Of a DNA stretch of 64,000 nucleotides, positions 27,483 through 39,175 are shown one piece after another. Made by a program: the position numbers and the translations under genes. Every line of letters begins with the position of its first letter. The stretch's first letter is position 1. Under the pieces are notes generated by a model that saw only the letters and a list, made by a program, of their open reading frames with translations, was not told where the DNA came from and did not search any database. This DNA comes from Spirochaetia bacterium. Its GTDB lineage: Bacteria; Spirochaetota; Spirochaetia; SZUA-6; Bin103. The DNA lies in the NCBI GenBank assembly GCA_965243555.1, contig OZ251575.1, positions 3,269,007 through 3,333,006 on the forward strand, in the 5' to 3' direction.

Positions 27483-30400
27483 CTACTCCGGTGACGGCCT
27501 CGTGGCCGGCGGCGCCGGCGCGCGGGGCCGCGTCGGCGGGCCGGCGCGGACGGGCTTCCAGGTCCTTGCGGCGTCTGCCGGGAGGCTGAGGGCGGCGGTC
27601 TCCGAGTAGAAGAACGTTTCGTAGTAGTCGCCGAGGCGTTCTTCAAAGTCCGGGTCGACTTCGTTGTGCCATTGCTTGAGCCAGGGCAGGTTTTCGTGGA
27701 TGACCGCGAGCAGCGGGGCGAGCCGGTCGGCGTCCCAGCGTTCCTTGATCTTGGCGTCGATGTAGTACGTGCCGACGGCCTGGCAAAGGGTCAGGGCGTC
27801 CCAGCCGGCCCAGCCGAGCAGGAGGGTGGGATCGTCGTCCCGGCTCATCGCCGGGAAGCTGACGAAGCGCTCCCTGGGCACGTCGAGGGCGCCGCGCAGG
27901 CGCCAGTAGCTCGGCTTGAGGAAGTCGGCGGCGCGGTACTTCGGCGGCGGCACCAGGTCCGCCGGCGGAGGGGCGTCCGCTTCCGTTTCGGCGGCGAGTT
28001 CGTCTTGGCGGCGCTGAGCGGTCCAGACCGCCTCCCAGTCGGCGCGCTTGGCGAGGCCGGAGGGCTTGTAGCGCTGCGCCGGCAGCGCCGGCACGTGCTC
28101 GCCAGCGACCAGGTCGGCGATCATCCGGGTGTGGTCGGGGTAGAGGTCTTCCCACAAGCGATCCGCGACCTTGTGGAAGGCCGCATCGTCGCCGGCCAGT
28201 ATGGCGAGGTCGCGGACGGTGGCGAGGCGCGGTTCCGGCCAGTAGTGCGGGGACTCCAGGCGGTCGAGCAACCAGCCGCGCAGGGCGCGCCGTTCCTGCT
28301 CCTGCCACGACTCGACGTTCCAGCGGCGCTTGTACTCCGGCCGTTCAAGCAGGCCGATGAAGCGGTGGGACTCGATCAGTTCGATGCGCCGCGCGACGAG
28401 GGCGCGGTAATCCTCCGGCCAGTGGGCGGGCAGGTCGGTGACCGGCGCGGAGCCGTGGCGCTTGAACCACCGGGTTTCCAGTTCGCCGGCCGCCATCCGC
28501 CGCGCCATGACGATCTCGAACGCCCGCTCGCCCAACGCCAGCGGCGGCGGTTCGGCGGCGCGGTCGCCGGGGCCGTTCGCGTAGCGGCAGTCTTCGTCGA
28601 GGACTCCGTAGAGCCGGTAGCACTCCCAGTCCAGTTCCTCCTGCAGGGCGATCATGCGCGCCAGGAGTCCGGCAGCCGCGTCTCGGTGCTCGTCAAGCTC
28701 CTCCCTCGTCAAGGGAAGGCGCCCGGCCAGTGACGCCGGCAGATGGGACTCCCGCTCGGTGCCGAGCCGATCGACTGCTTCCGACAATTCGACCGGATTT
28801 TCCGCCGGAAGCGGAATCTCCTTCACCTTCGTCGCGTTGAACTGAAAGAAGTTTTCGAACGTGTCGGTTGTTTGGCGTGCGCCCTTCGCATCGACCGTGC
28901 TTCCCTTGTTGTGCGATACTTGCTTCAGCCAGAAGCAAACCACGGAGCTATTGAGCGTGCCTGCCAGGGCAAGATGATCCGCTCCGCTCGCATCTATCGG
29001 CAGCTTGATAACGGGGGCGGTTTGGGAGAAGACTTTGCCGCCGCGGTCGAACGTGAAGTGATTGTGCGTGGCCACTTCGGCAAACGCGATTAAGCGGGGA
29101 TCGGCGTACCGTTTGGGAATCCAGCGATACCACGTCCACCAATCATCACCGGATTCGAGCCGGGTCTTGCCCCCGAACGACTTCATTCCTCCAATCGTAG
29201 TACGGTATCGCCACAGGTATTTTCCCCATGCACTCTCACCGTCGTACGCGAGGGGTTCGTTATCGCTATCGTACGGCACGAGCGCAACCGCTGATCCTTC
29301 ATAGGACCAGTCGCGGATCAGCTCGCCGACAACGTAGCCGCGTACCAACCCGGAATCCACGAGCAAGCGTCGAAACAGGTCCGCCGGCGCCACGAATGCA
29401 TCGTCGGTTCCGGTAAAGCTGGCGGGACCAATTGAAGTTGCCGCGTTGCCGAGACGATTCCGGTTCCGCTCCAACCGGAGCTTGAGCTCGTTCGCCAACG
29501 TGTCGGACACCGACCACGGGTGGCCGGCGAACGTGGCTCGAGGGACGTCAGCTACGTCAATCCATTCGTTGCCGCTGCCGGGTTCTTCTGCGTGGGTCAG
29601 GATTGACCGCCAGACCTTCCCCTCCTCCGGCTTCGCGGGAGGCGTCGGCTCGCCGCGGCGACCCATCACCACGCGCACGGCGGGCCGATCCGGAGCACGA
29701 TTGCGGCCGACGAGAATCACCGTCGGCGTGCCGTGACCGGGGATGTACGCGCCCGACGTGTCGATGACGTGGGTCAGGTCGACACTTGGGAAAAAGGACT
29801 CGATCAGCTTCCTGCCGAACTCGCGCTTCATGAACGAGTTGGCCGTGATCTGGCCAACGTAGCCGGCCGCGCCGCTTCGCCCGCCGGGGAGCGCCAACTC
29901 GAACAGTCGCTCGGCAAACGGAACGCTCATCGCGTACTTCATGTAGCAGCTCGGGTAGCGCGACCGATACAGTTGCCGCACCGCCGGGTCCTTCGGCGTG
30001 ACGTAGGGCGGGTTCCCTACCACGGCGTGGTAGTGCTGGCCGAGAATGCGGTTCAGGTCATCGAGGTCCTCGGACCGGAAGGCGTGGGAGAATTGGGAAC
30101 GGCCGGCGAGCTGCTGCTCCGCGCCGCTGCCCAGGTCCAGCTCGCCGAAGCGGCGGCCGTGGAGCAGGCTGTCGCCGACGGCTACGTTGATCTCGAACGG
30201 CGGGGCGTCCTCCAGGCGCTCGATGCCGCTCGCCCGCAGCGCCGCCAGCGCCAGGCGGAAGCGCGCGATCTCCGCCGCGAACGGATTGACGTCCACGCCG
30301 TAGACCGCGCGCAACGCGCGCTGCACCCGCTCGCACACCGGCGCGCCGGCTTTGCGCCACCGCTCAAGCAGCCGGTGGAAGGCGCCGAGCAGGAAGTGGC

Positions 30401-31115
30401 CGGAACCGCAGGCCGGATCAATGAGCCGGGTGTCCTCCAGCCCGAACTCACAGAGCGCCGGAGTGAGCGTGCGCTCCAGGATAAACTCCTCCACGAACAC
30501 CGGCGTCTGCAACAGGGCGTAGCGCTTCTTGGCGTCCTCGGAGAGGTCCTGGTACAGGTCGCCGAGGAAGCGGGTGTCCCAGGTGGGATCGGTAAAGTCG
30601 TGGTGCAGCAGGTTGGTGTCGGGGTCCACCAAGCGCCAGAACCACAGCAAGTCGCGCGCGGCGTCGCCGGAGATGCCGAGGCGCCACACCGGGTTGTGGC
30701 GCCGGTCGTAGAGCTTGGCCAGCGCGGGCAGGCGGGCGACCGAGGAAAAGCAGTGGAGCAGGTAGTCGCGGAAGGTAGCGGTGGGATGGTCTTGGAAGTA
30801 GAAACTCTGGCCTTCGGCGGCGTCCCGGTCGCGGGGGTGGGGGCCGCTGATCAGGGGTTCGTCGATCAGCCGGTTGTCCTCGATGAAACGCACGAACACG
30901 CAGCCGAGCAGCCACGCGACGGAAGCCTGGGTCAGTTCGCCGGCGCGCCAGACGCTGAAGGTCGCCGCGGTGCGCTCCGCCTCCCGCGCCGCCCGGTACT
31001 CAGCCTCCAGCGCGGCGGCCATCTCCGGCACGCTGGCAGCGCGTTGGGCCAGGTCCCGCTCCAGCAGCCGGAGCTGCCGCCGCAGGTCGCCCACCAGCGC
31101 CTGACGATCGATCAC
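27483..31115 (-). CDS. PglX-like large (1210 aa) N6-adenine DNA methyltransferase (BREX/Pgl-type), without partner genes
   Basis: GTG start. Motif I '[15 protein letters not shown]' and motif IV '[12 protein letters not shown]'. The N-terminal helical region '[38 protein letters not shown]' is what I recall for PglX-type enzymes. Size is typical of PglX. Confidence 0.75.
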   Translation of the reverse strand: MIDRQALVGDLRRQLRLLERDLAQRAASVPEMAAALEAEYRAAREAERTAATFSVWRAGELTQASVAWLLGCVFVRFIEDNRLIDEPLISGPHPRDRDAAEGQSFYFQDHPTATFRDYLLHCFSSVARLPALAKLYDRRHNPVWRLGISGDAARDLLWFWRLVDPDTNLLHHDFTDPTWDTRFLGDLYQDLSEDAKKRYALLQTPVFVEEFILERTLTPALCEFGLEDTRLIDPACGSGHFLLGAFHRLLERWRKAGAPVCERVQRALRAVYGVDVNPFAAEIARFRLALAALRASGIERLEDAPPFEINVAVGDSLLHGRRFGELDLGSGAEQQLAGRSQFSHAFRSEDLDDLNRILGQHYHAVVGNPPYVTPKDPAVRQLYRSRYPSCYMKYAMSVPFAERLFELALPGGRSGAAGYVGQITANSFMKREFGRKLIESFFPSVDLTHVIDTSGAYIPGHGTPTVILVGRNRAPDRPAVRVVMGRRGEPTPPAKPEEGKVWRSILTHAEEPGSGNEWIDVADVPRATFAGHPWSVSDTLANELKLRLERNRNRLGNAATSIGPASFTGTDDAFVAPADLFRRLLVDSGLVRGYVVGELIRDWSYEGSAVALVPYDSDNEPLAYDGESAWGKYLWRYRTTIGGMKSFGGKTRLESGDDWWTWYRWIPKRYADPRLIAFAEVATHNHFTFDRGGKVFSQTAPVIKLPIDASGADHLALAGTLNSSVVCFWLKQVSHNKGSTVDAKGARQTTDTFENFFQFNATKVKEIPLPAENPVELSEAVDRLGTERESHLPASLAGRLPLTREELDEHRDAAAGLLARMIALQEELDWECYRLYGVLDEDCRYANGPGDRAAEPPPLALGERAFEIVMARRMAAGELETRWFKRHGSAPVTDLPAHWPEDYRALVARRIELIESHRFIGLLERPEYKRRWNVESWQEQERRALRGWLLDRLESPHYWPEPRLATVRDLAILAGDDAAFHKVADRLWEDLYPDHTRMIADLVAGEHVPALPAQRYKPSGLAKRADWEAVWTAQRRQDELAAETEADAPPPADLVPPPKYRAADFLKPSYWRLRGALDVPRERFVSFPAMSRDDDPTLLLGWAGWDALTLCQAVGTYYIDAKIKERWDADRLAPLLAVIHENLPWLKQWHNEVDPDFEERLGDYYETFFYSETAALSLPADAARTWKPVRAGPPTRPRAPAPPATRPSPE

Positions 31116-31266
31116 TTCACGTCCTTGGCCGGCCGCGGCAGGTCGTGCCGCGGGTCGGCGAGATGCCGGAACGAGTCGGGAACGAACCTGTCGAGCGGCG
31201 CTGCCGGACCCACGGGGCGCGAGTATAGCGCGAACCCGGCAAGCAGGTCGGCGGACCGCCGGCGGT

Positions 31267-31296
31267 TTGACGGCGGCGGCGTTGCGTCGTTACTCT
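31267..31296 (+). promoter_or_regulatory. Possible sigma70-type promoter for trpS (TTGACG - 18 nt - TACTCT), implying a very short leader
   Basis: TTGACG at 31267-31272 and TACTCT at 31291-31296, with the ATG at 31308. The -10 element is weak. Confidence 0.3.
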
Positions 31297-31307
31297 GATA
31301 GTGCGTC

Positions 31308-32354
<1,047 letters not shown>

Positions 32355-32442
32355 GCGCCGGCCCCCGGCGGCGCCCAACGCGCCCGGCCCGCCCCGGGTC
32401 GCTAAGAAAACGCTGAACAAGGACGGAACGCAAGAGCAGACA

Positions 32443-34317
32443 ATGGCCAAGCATCGCTTCAAGACCGAGGTCAGCCAACTGCTGGACCTCATCATCCACT
32501 CGCTGTACTCGCACCAGGAGATCTTTCTGCGCGAGCTGGTCTCCAACGCCTCCGACGCGTTGGACAAGCTGCGCTACCTGACCCTCACCGACGCCGACTT
32601 CAAGGGGGCGCCGTTCACGCCGCGCATCGACATCTCGTTCGACTCCGAGGCCGCGCCCAAGACCCTGACCATCGCCGACTCCGGCATCGGCATGAGCGCC
32701 GGCGAGCTGCGCGACAACCTGGGCACCATCGCGCGCTCCGGGACCAAGCGGTTCCTCGACGCGATGCGCAAGGAGGCGAAGGAGGGGGCGCCCGGCGACA
32801 GCAACCTGATCGGGCAGTTCGGCGTGGGGTTCTACTCCAGCTTCATGGCGGCCGACCGGGTGGAGGTGCTCAGCCTGCGCGCCGGCGACGACCAGGCCCA
32901 CCTGTGGACCAGCGACGGCCGCGGCTCCTATGAAGTCACCCCGGCGGAGCGCACCGGCGCCGGCACCACCGTCACCCTGCAGCTCAACGAAGGCGGCGCC
33001 GAGTTCGCCTCGCGCTGGCAGATCGACTCGCTGGTCAAGAAGTACTCCAACCACATCCCCTACCCGATCCACCTTCACTACACCGAGAGCAGCGGCGACA
33101 AGACCGAGCCGCGCAGCGAGCAGATCAACGCCGCCTCGGCGCTGTGGAAGCGGCCCAAGTCGGAGCTGAGCGACGCCGACTACTACGAGTTCTACCGCTC
33201 CCTGACGCACGACGACGAGGAGCCGCTGCACTACGTTCACACCCACGCCGAGGGCACCCAGGAGTACACCACGCTGTTCTTCGTGCCGCGGAAGGCGCCG
33301 CCCGATCTCTACTACACGGACTACCGGCCCGGCGTGAAGCTGTACGTAAAGCGGGTGTTCATAACCGATGACGACCGGGAGTTGCTGCCCACCTGGCTGC
33401 GCTTCGTACGCGGGGTAATCGACTCCGAAGACCTGCCGCTCAACGTGAGCCGCGAGCTGCTGCAGAAGAACCGCCTGTTGACCAGCATCCGCAACGCCTC
33501 GGTCAAGAAGCTGCTGAGTGAATTCCAGGGCTTGACCAACAACCCCGAGCGTTACCGCAAGTTCGTGGCCGAGTTCGGGCGTCCGCTCAAGGAGGGACTG
33601 TACCAGGACTTCGCCAACCGCGAGACGCTGCTGGAGCTGGTCCGCTTTCGCACCACCGCCGGCGAGGATGACCTGACCAGCCTGAAGGACTATGTCGGGC
33701 GCATGCAGCCGGAGCAGAAGGCGATCTACTATCTCACCGGCGAGCGTGGCGCCAATTTGCGCCGGTCGCCGCTGCTGGAGGTGTACCGGGAGCAGAGGAT
33801 CGAGGTGCTGTTGATGGACGACGAGATCGACGCCTTCGTGATCCCGGCCATCGGCAAGTATCAGGAGCACGAGCTCAAGTCGGTCAACCGCAGCGACACC
33901 GCCGACGACCTGAAGACCGACGTGTCCAAGGAACGCGCCCGCACGGTCGAACCGCTGCTCAAGCGGATCAAGCAGGTGCTCGGCGACGAGGTAAAGGAGG
34001 TGAAGGCCAGCGCCCGGCTGAGCGATTCGCCGAGCTGCATCGTGGCCGACGAGAGCGACCCCACGGTGTCGATGCAGAGCGTGCTGCGGGCGCTGGGGCA
34101 GGAGGCGGAACAGTTCAAGCCGGTGCTGGAGATCAACCCCGACCACGCCATCGTGACCAAGCTGGAGGCGCTGCCGGAGGAGGGTGCGGAGGAAGTGCTG
34201 GAGGACACCAGCCGCCTGCTGCTGGAGCAGGCGCTGCTGATCGAGGGCGCGCAGCTCGCCGATCCGGTGGCCTTCGCCGCGCGCCTCAACCGGTCGTTGG
34301 ATCGCGCGCTGGCATGA
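32443..34317 (+). CDS. htpG: Molecular chaperone HtpG (Hsp90)
   Basis: '[40 protein letters not shown]' is the canonical Hsp90 N-terminus; 624 aa. Confidence 0.95.
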
Positions 34318-35552
34318 CCGCGGGCGGCGCGCTGCAGTGGGCGGCGGCGGCGCTGTGCGCGTCGATGCTGCTCACCCACGGCGCGCTCGCCGCCGGCATC
34401 CTGCGCGCCCGCCGGCGCGACCGGCGCGCGTTGCGGACGGCCCGCGCGACGTCGGCGGCCGTGACGGCGCCGCCGGTGTCGGTGTCGGTGGTGGTGGCGG
34501 CGATGAACGAGCAGGAGGCGCTGCCCCACCTATTGGCCTCGCTGGCCGCGCAGACTACTACCGCCTTCGAGTTGGTGCTGGTGGATGACCGTTCGAGCGA
34601 CGCCACCGCGGCGATCATGGAGCGGCATCGCGCGGCCGCGCCCTATCCCGTGCGGGTAGTGCGCAACCGGCGCCCGCCGGCGGCCTGCACCGGCAAGCAG
34701 CAGGCGCTGGATCTGGGGGTGGCCGCGGCCGGCGGCGAGCTGCTGCTGTTTACCGACGCCGACTGCATCCTGCCGGCCACCTGGGTAGAGCGGCTGGCGG
34801 CCTACTTCGGCGCCGACCCCGGCGGCGCGCTGGGGGTGGTGTTCGGGCAGTTGGCGGTGCGCAGGGGCGCGGCCGGGGCGCCGCGGCGCGGCGGGTTTCT
34901 GGAGCGCTACCAGGCGTTCGAGCAGCCGCTGGTGCACCAGTACTCCACCGGCAGCGCGGGGCTGGGCCAGCCGACCGGCTGCTTCGGCAACAACCTGGCG
35001 TTGCGCGCGCCGGTGTTGGCCCGGCTCGGCGGCTTCCGCTCGCTCGGTTACACGCTGACCGAGGACGCGGCGCTCATTGGCGCGGTGAGCCGCGCCGGCT
35101 GGCGGGTGCGCCCCGCTACCCTGCCGGCCACGCAGATCAGCACCGCGCCGCAACCGAGCTGGCGCGGCTTTATCAACCAGCACGTGCGCTGGAACGGCGG
35201 CGCGTTTTTCAGCAGTGACCGCGCCGCGGCCTGGGGCTACCGCTACGTGACGCTGTTTCTGATCGCCAGCGTGGCGGCGGCGCCGGCGGCGCTGCTGGCG
35301 CCGTGGCTGGCGGTGCTGCCGTGCACGTCGCTGCTCAGCATCGGCACCCTGGCCACGCTGGAGGCGCTGCTGTACCACCGCCGCCGCGGGCGGGCCCTGG
35401 CGCGGGTGGTGCCCTATACGTTGTTCTTCATGGGGTTTTACGCCTACATCACGCTGCTGGCGATTGCCGGCGTGCGCACCGACTGGAAGGGGTCGCGGCT
35501 GGCGGCGACGCAGGCCCCGGTGGCGCCGAACGCGGACGCCGGTTCCGGGTAG
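34314..35552 (+). CDS. Membrane-bound family-2 glycosyltransferase
   Basis: 'VSVVVAAMNEQEALPHLLASL..Q....FELVLVDDRSSDAT' and 'LLLFTDADCILP' (DxD), with C-terminal hydrophobic helices. ATGA overlap with the htpG stop. Confidence 0.75.
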   Translation: MTAGGALQWAAAALCASMLLTHGALAAGILRARRRDRRALRTARATSAAVTAPPVSVSVVVAAMNEQEALPHLLASLAAQTTTAFELVLVDDRSSDATAAIMERHRAAAPYPVRVVRNRRPPAACTGKQQALDLGVAAAGGELLLFTDADCILPATWVERLAAYFGADPGGALGVVFGQLAVRRGAAGAPRRGGFLERYQAFEQPLVHQYSTGSAGLGQPTGCFGNNLALRAPVLARLGGFRSLGYTLTEDAALIGAVSRAGWRVRPATLPATQISTAPQPSWRGFINQHVRWNGGAFFSSDRAAAWGYRYVTLFLIASVAAAPAALLAPWLAVLPCTSLLSIGTLATLEALLYHRRRGRALARVVPYTLFFMGFYAYITLLAIAGVRTDWKGSRLAATQAPVAPNADAGSG

Positions 35553-35571
35553 GGAGGTTCCGGGTAGGCGG

Positions 35572-36276
35572 GTGGCGGCGCCGGCAAACAACCGCATTCT
35601 GGTGGTGGAGGATAACGCCGACATCATGGAGCTGATCCGCTTCAACTGCGAGAAGGAGGGGTTCGTCACGCTGGCCGCGGCCAGCGCCGAGCAGGCCCTC
35701 AAGGTAGTGGAGCGGGTCTCGGTGGCGCTGATCCTGGTGGACATCATGCTGCCGGGCAGGGACGGCCTGGCGCTGTGCCGGTTGCTGAAGGCCAACGTCA
35801 TGACGCGCGGCGTGCCGATCGTGATGGTGTCGGCCAAGGGCGAGGAGGCGGACATCGTGGCCGGCCTGGAACAGGGCGCCGAGGACTACGTCACCAAACC
35901 GTTCAGCCCCCGGGTGCTGATTGCGCGCCTCAAGGCGGTGCTGCGCCGCCACGGCGCCGAGGTGCGCGACGAGCAGGCGCCGCTGACCATCGGCGAGCTG
36001 ACCATTCACCCCGGCAAGCGCGCCGTGCGTCATGCCGGCCAGCCGGTGCGCCTCACCGCGACCGAGTTCGCGGCGCTGCAGTTTCTCGCCCGCCAACCCG
36101 GCTGGGTGTTTACCCGCAACCAGCTCGTGGCCGCCGTGCACGGCCCCGACTATCCGGTGACCGACCGTTCCATCGACGTGCTGATCGCCGGGGTGCGCAA
36201 GAAGCTGGGCGCCGGGAGCGGGCTGATCGAGACGGTGCGCGGGGTCGGCTACCGCTTCTCGGAGCCGGAGCCGTAG
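35572..36276 (+). CDS. OmpR/PhoB-family response regulator
   Basis: Receiver 'RILVVEDNADI...LILVDIMLPGRDG...PIVMVSAKG' and winged helix 'LTATEFAALQFL...IETVRGVGYRF'. I moved the start to GTG 35572, because the upstream part of the tracked ORF (35464-) overlaps the GT2 gene. Confidence 0.85.
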   Translation: MAAPANNRILVVEDNADIMELIRFNCEKEGFVTLAAASAEQALKVVERVSVALILVDIMLPGRDGLALCRLLKANVMTRGVPIVMVSAKGEEADIVAGLEQGAEDYVTKPFSPRVLIARLKAVLRRHGAEVRDEQAPLTIGELTIHPGKRAVRHAGQPVRLTATEFAALQFLARQPGWVFTRNQLVAAVHGPDYPVTDRSIDVLIAGVRKKLGAGSGLIETVRGVGYRFSEPEP

Positions 36277-36284
36277 GGGCGCCC

Positions 36285-37772
36285 GTGGAGCGCCGGGCGG
36301 GCGCGGCGCCGGGGTGGGCGTCCGGGTGGGAGCCGGCGTTGCGGCTGGCGGCGGTGGCCGGCAGCTTGGCGGCGGTCGCCGCGCTGGGCGTGGTGACCGG
36401 TGTTGCCGCCGGTTCGCCGGAGCGGTCGCCGGCGGTAGTGGCGGCGGCCGCGGCGTTGCTGGCCGCCGCGGGGGCGGCGGGGCTGGCGGTATGGCGGCTC
36501 TACGCGCGTCCGGCGGCGCGTAGCGCGCGGCTGCTGGCCGCGGCGGCCGGGCACGGCGGCGGGCCGGCGCCGCCGCCGGAGGCGGCCGCGGCCGCGGCGC
36601 AGGCGCGGCTGGGCCGCCTGGAGCAGGCCAATCAGCGCCTGAGCGCGGTGATCGGCGGCCTGCCGCAGGGGGTGCTGGTGTTCGGCCGCGACGGCTCGCT
36701 GCAGGAGATCAACCCAGCCGGCTGGGAGCTGTTGGGCGCCGCCGGGGGCGCGGCCGGTGCGGCCGCCGGGGACGGCATAGGCCGTACGGGCGAAGCGAGC
36801 AGCGAGGACGGCCGGGATGGCGCCGGCGGCGAGGCGGGCGTGCGCGCCACGGCCGGGGCGGCGGCCGGCGGCGGCCGGCTCAGCGCGGCGAGCGAGCTGC
36901 TGCAGGCGCACGGCGTGGCCGCGGTGGCGGAGCCGGCGCTGTATCAGGGCGAGGGCGCTGAGGCCGACGTGCGCGTTCCCGGCCCCGAACCGCGCTGGCT
37001 GCAGGCGCAGAGCCAGCCGTTCGCCGGCGCCGGCGGCGAACCGGGCGCCCTGGTGGTGCTGCGCGACGTGACCCGCCTGCGCCATCTGGAGCAGATGCGG
37101 CGCGACTTCGTGGCCAACGTCTCCCACGAGCTGCGCACTCCGGTCACCTCCATCAGCGGGTTCGTGGAGACCCTGCTGGACAACGAGATGTGCGGCGACG
37201 CGGAGGCGCGGCGCTTTCTGCAGATCATTCAGCGGCAGTCGTTGCGCCTGGGGGCGATCATCGACGACCTGCTGAGCCTGGCCGACATCGAGTTGGGCGA
37301 GGAGCGCAGCAGCATCACCTTCGCCGACACGGCGTTGGCGCCGGTCATCTCCTCCGCCCTGTTGTCGTGCGGGCACGCCGCCGCGGCGCGCGGGGTGGCG
37401 CTGCAGGTTGCCTGCGACGCCGACCTGACCTGCCGCATGAACGCGCAGCTCGTGGAGCAGGCGGTCACCAACCTGCTCGACAACGCCATCAACTACGGCA
37501 GCCGCGGCGCGCCGGTGGCGGTGCGCGCCCGGCGCGCCGCCGGCGCCGTGCTGATCGAGGTAACCGACGCCGGCAGCGGCATTGCGCCCGAGCACCGGGA
37601 GCGCATCTTCGAGCGCTTCTACCGCGTGGACCGCGCCCGCAGCCGCGACTACGGCGGCACCGGTCTCGGCCTCGCCATCGTCAAGCACATTGCGCAGGCG
37701 CACGACGGCGAGGTGAGCGTGCGCAGCAGCGTCGGGCGCGGCAGCACCTTTACCCTGCGCCTGCCCGGGTAG
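36285..37772 (+). CDS. PhoR-like sensor histidine kinase
   Basis: H-box 'FVANVSHELRTPVTSISGF', N-box 'NLLDNAINYG', G-box 'GGTGLGLAIVKHI', two N-terminal hydrophobic segments and a PAS-like segment. The start is set at in-frame GTG 36285; the 35775-36284 part of the tracked ORF overlaps the regulator. Confidence 0.8.
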   Translation: MERRAGAAPGWASGWEPALRLAAVAGSLAAVAALGVVTGVAAGSPERSPAVVAAAAALLAAAGAAGLAVWRLYARPAARSARLLAAAAGHGGGPAPPPEAAAAAAQARLGRLEQANQRLSAVIGGLPQGVLVFGRDGSLQEINPAGWELLGAAGGAAGAAAGDGIGRTGEASSEDGRDGAGGEAGVRATAGAAAGGGRLSAASELLQAHGVAAVAEPALYQGEGAEADVRVPGPEPRWLQAQSQPFAGAGGEPGALVVLRDVTRLRHLEQMRRDFVANVSHELRTPVTSISGFVETLLDNEMCGDAEARRFLQIIQRQSLRLGAIIDDLLSLADIELGEERSSITFADTALAPVISSALLSCGHAAAARGVALQVACDADLTCRMNAQLVEQAVTNLLDNAINYGSRGAPVAVRARRAAGAVLIEVTDAGSGIAPEHRERIFERFYRVDRARSRDYGGTGLGLAIVKHIAQAHDGEVSVRSSVGRGSTFTLRLPG

Positions 37773-37807
37773 TGGCGCAGCCGGCGGGCTGAGGGTATGA
37801 TCGGCGC

Positions 37808-39175
37808 GTGGGGACGATGGGCGATGACTGGAAACAGCGCGTGCGCGATCCGGTGCACGGTCTCATCGTGTTCGGCGGGCGCGACGATCGCGGGAACGAG
37901 ATCGACCGGATCGCTTGGCGCCTGCTCGACACCAGGGAGTTCCAGCGTCTGCGCCGCATCCGCCAACTTGGCTTCGCCGATCTGGTCTATCCCGGCGCGA
38001 CCCACACCCGCTTCGCCCACAGCATCGGCGTCTACCACGTAGCGCGCCGATTGATCGCCGTGATTGCGCGCCACCGGGGATCGGAGCACGATGGCGACCG
38101 CGCGCGCGTTGCGCTCCTGGCGGCCTTGCTGCATGACGTCGGGCATGGGCCGTTCAGTCACGTGTTCGAGAGCGCGGCCAAGGCGGTGATGAAACAGACC
38201 AGACGACACGAGGAATGGAGCGCCGAAATTGTCCAAGGCGACACCGAGGTCAACCGCGTGCTGCGCGACGTCGACGAGCAACTGCCGGACCAGGTCGCCA
38301 CGCTGCTCAAGGAGGAGGAGGCGAAGGACATCTACTCCGCCGTCGTGTCCAGCCAGTTCGACGCCGACCGGATCGACTACATCCAACGTGACCGGATGAT
38401 GAGCGGCGTCCAATTCGGCCACGTCGACAGCGAATGGCTGCTCGATTGCCTGCAGGTCGGTTCGATCAGCGTCGGCGCCTCCGACTACGTAACGGTGCCA
38501 TGCATGTATCTCGGCGCCAAGGGGCTGGCAATTGCCGAGGAATATCTGGAGGCGAGGTTCCGGCTCTACCGGACGGTATACGTGCACAAGACGACGCGGT
38601 CGGCGGAGAAGATGCTGGAGGCTTTGTTGCGGTCGGCGGCGTCTTCGCTGCGGGGGAGCTGCCTGGCCCAGCGGGAGCCGGTGTTGCGGTATCTCACGGC
38701 GGAGGGCCCGGCGCTCGACGCGTACCTGCGGCTCGACGACGCGGCGATCTGGGCCGCGTTTGCCGAATACGCCGCCTGCCCGCAGCCTCGCGTCGCCGAG
38801 CTGGCCGCCCGGTTGCGCGATCGCAACCTCTACAAGTGCCTGGAGATCGGATCGCTGGACGAACGTAAGGGCAACCTGTACGAGCGGTTCCGGCGGCGGT
38901 TGCAAGAACGCAACCTCGCGTGGAGCGACGAGCTGCTGTTCGATGACTCTACGATCGCGCCGTACACCTGGTACAACTTCAATGAAGCATCGGCGCTCAG
39001 CAAGGTTCTCGTGAAGGTCGACGCGACGATGGACGAGCCGCGGGACATCGCCGAAGTCTCCGCGGTCGTGACGGCGCTCCATGACGAAGGGGTCAGCCGG
39101 GTGCAGCGCGTCTACGCACCTGACAGGGAAAAAAGGGCCGAACTCTACGACGTCCTCAAGGAGGTGAGAACGTGA
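37808..39175 (+). CDS. SAMHD1/EF1143-like HD-domain dNTP triphosphohydrolase family protein
   Basis: 'VRDPVHGLI...TREFQRLRRIRQLG...THTRFAHSIGVYHVA', 'LLHDVGHGPFSH' and 'FDADRIDYIQRDR' give the H...HD...D metal-site pattern of SAMHD1-type HD hydrolases. Alternative start ATG 37817. Confidence 0.8.
   Translation: MGTMGDDWKQRVRDPVHGLIVFGGRDDRGNEIDRIAWRLLDTREFQRLRRIRQLGFADLVYPGATHTRFAHSIGVYHVARRLIAVIARHRGSEHDGDRARVALLAALLHDVGHGPFSHVFESAAKAVMKQTRRHEEWSAEIVQGDTEVNRVLRDVDEQLPDQVATLLKEEEAKDIYSAVVSSQFDADRIDYIQRDRMMSGVQFGHVDSEWLLDCLQVGSISVGASDYVTVPCMYLGAKGLAIAEEYLEARFRLYRTVYVHKTTRSAEKMLEALLRSAASSLRGSCLAQREPVLRYLTAEGPALDAYLRLDDAAIWAAFAEYAACPQPRVAELAARLRDRNLYKCLEIGSLDERKGNLYERFRRRLQERNLAWSDELLFDDSTIAPYTWYNFNEASALSKVLVKVDATMDEPRDIAEVSAVVTALHDEGVSRVQRVYAPDREKRAELYDVLKEVRT

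Noticed and set aside
27483-31115. Calling a complete BREX or Pgl defence system
   Set aside because: Only the PglX-like methylase is present. No brxA/B/C, pglZ, brxL or pglW/Y candidates exist anywhere in the 64-kb window, so I report only an orphan PglX-like gene.
35775-36284. N-terminal 170 codons of the tracked 665-aa kinase ORF
   Set aside because: This part overlaps the response-regulator gene in another frame and is Arg/Gly/Pro-rich. Kinase-like sequence (TM segments) starts after the in-frame GTG at 36285.
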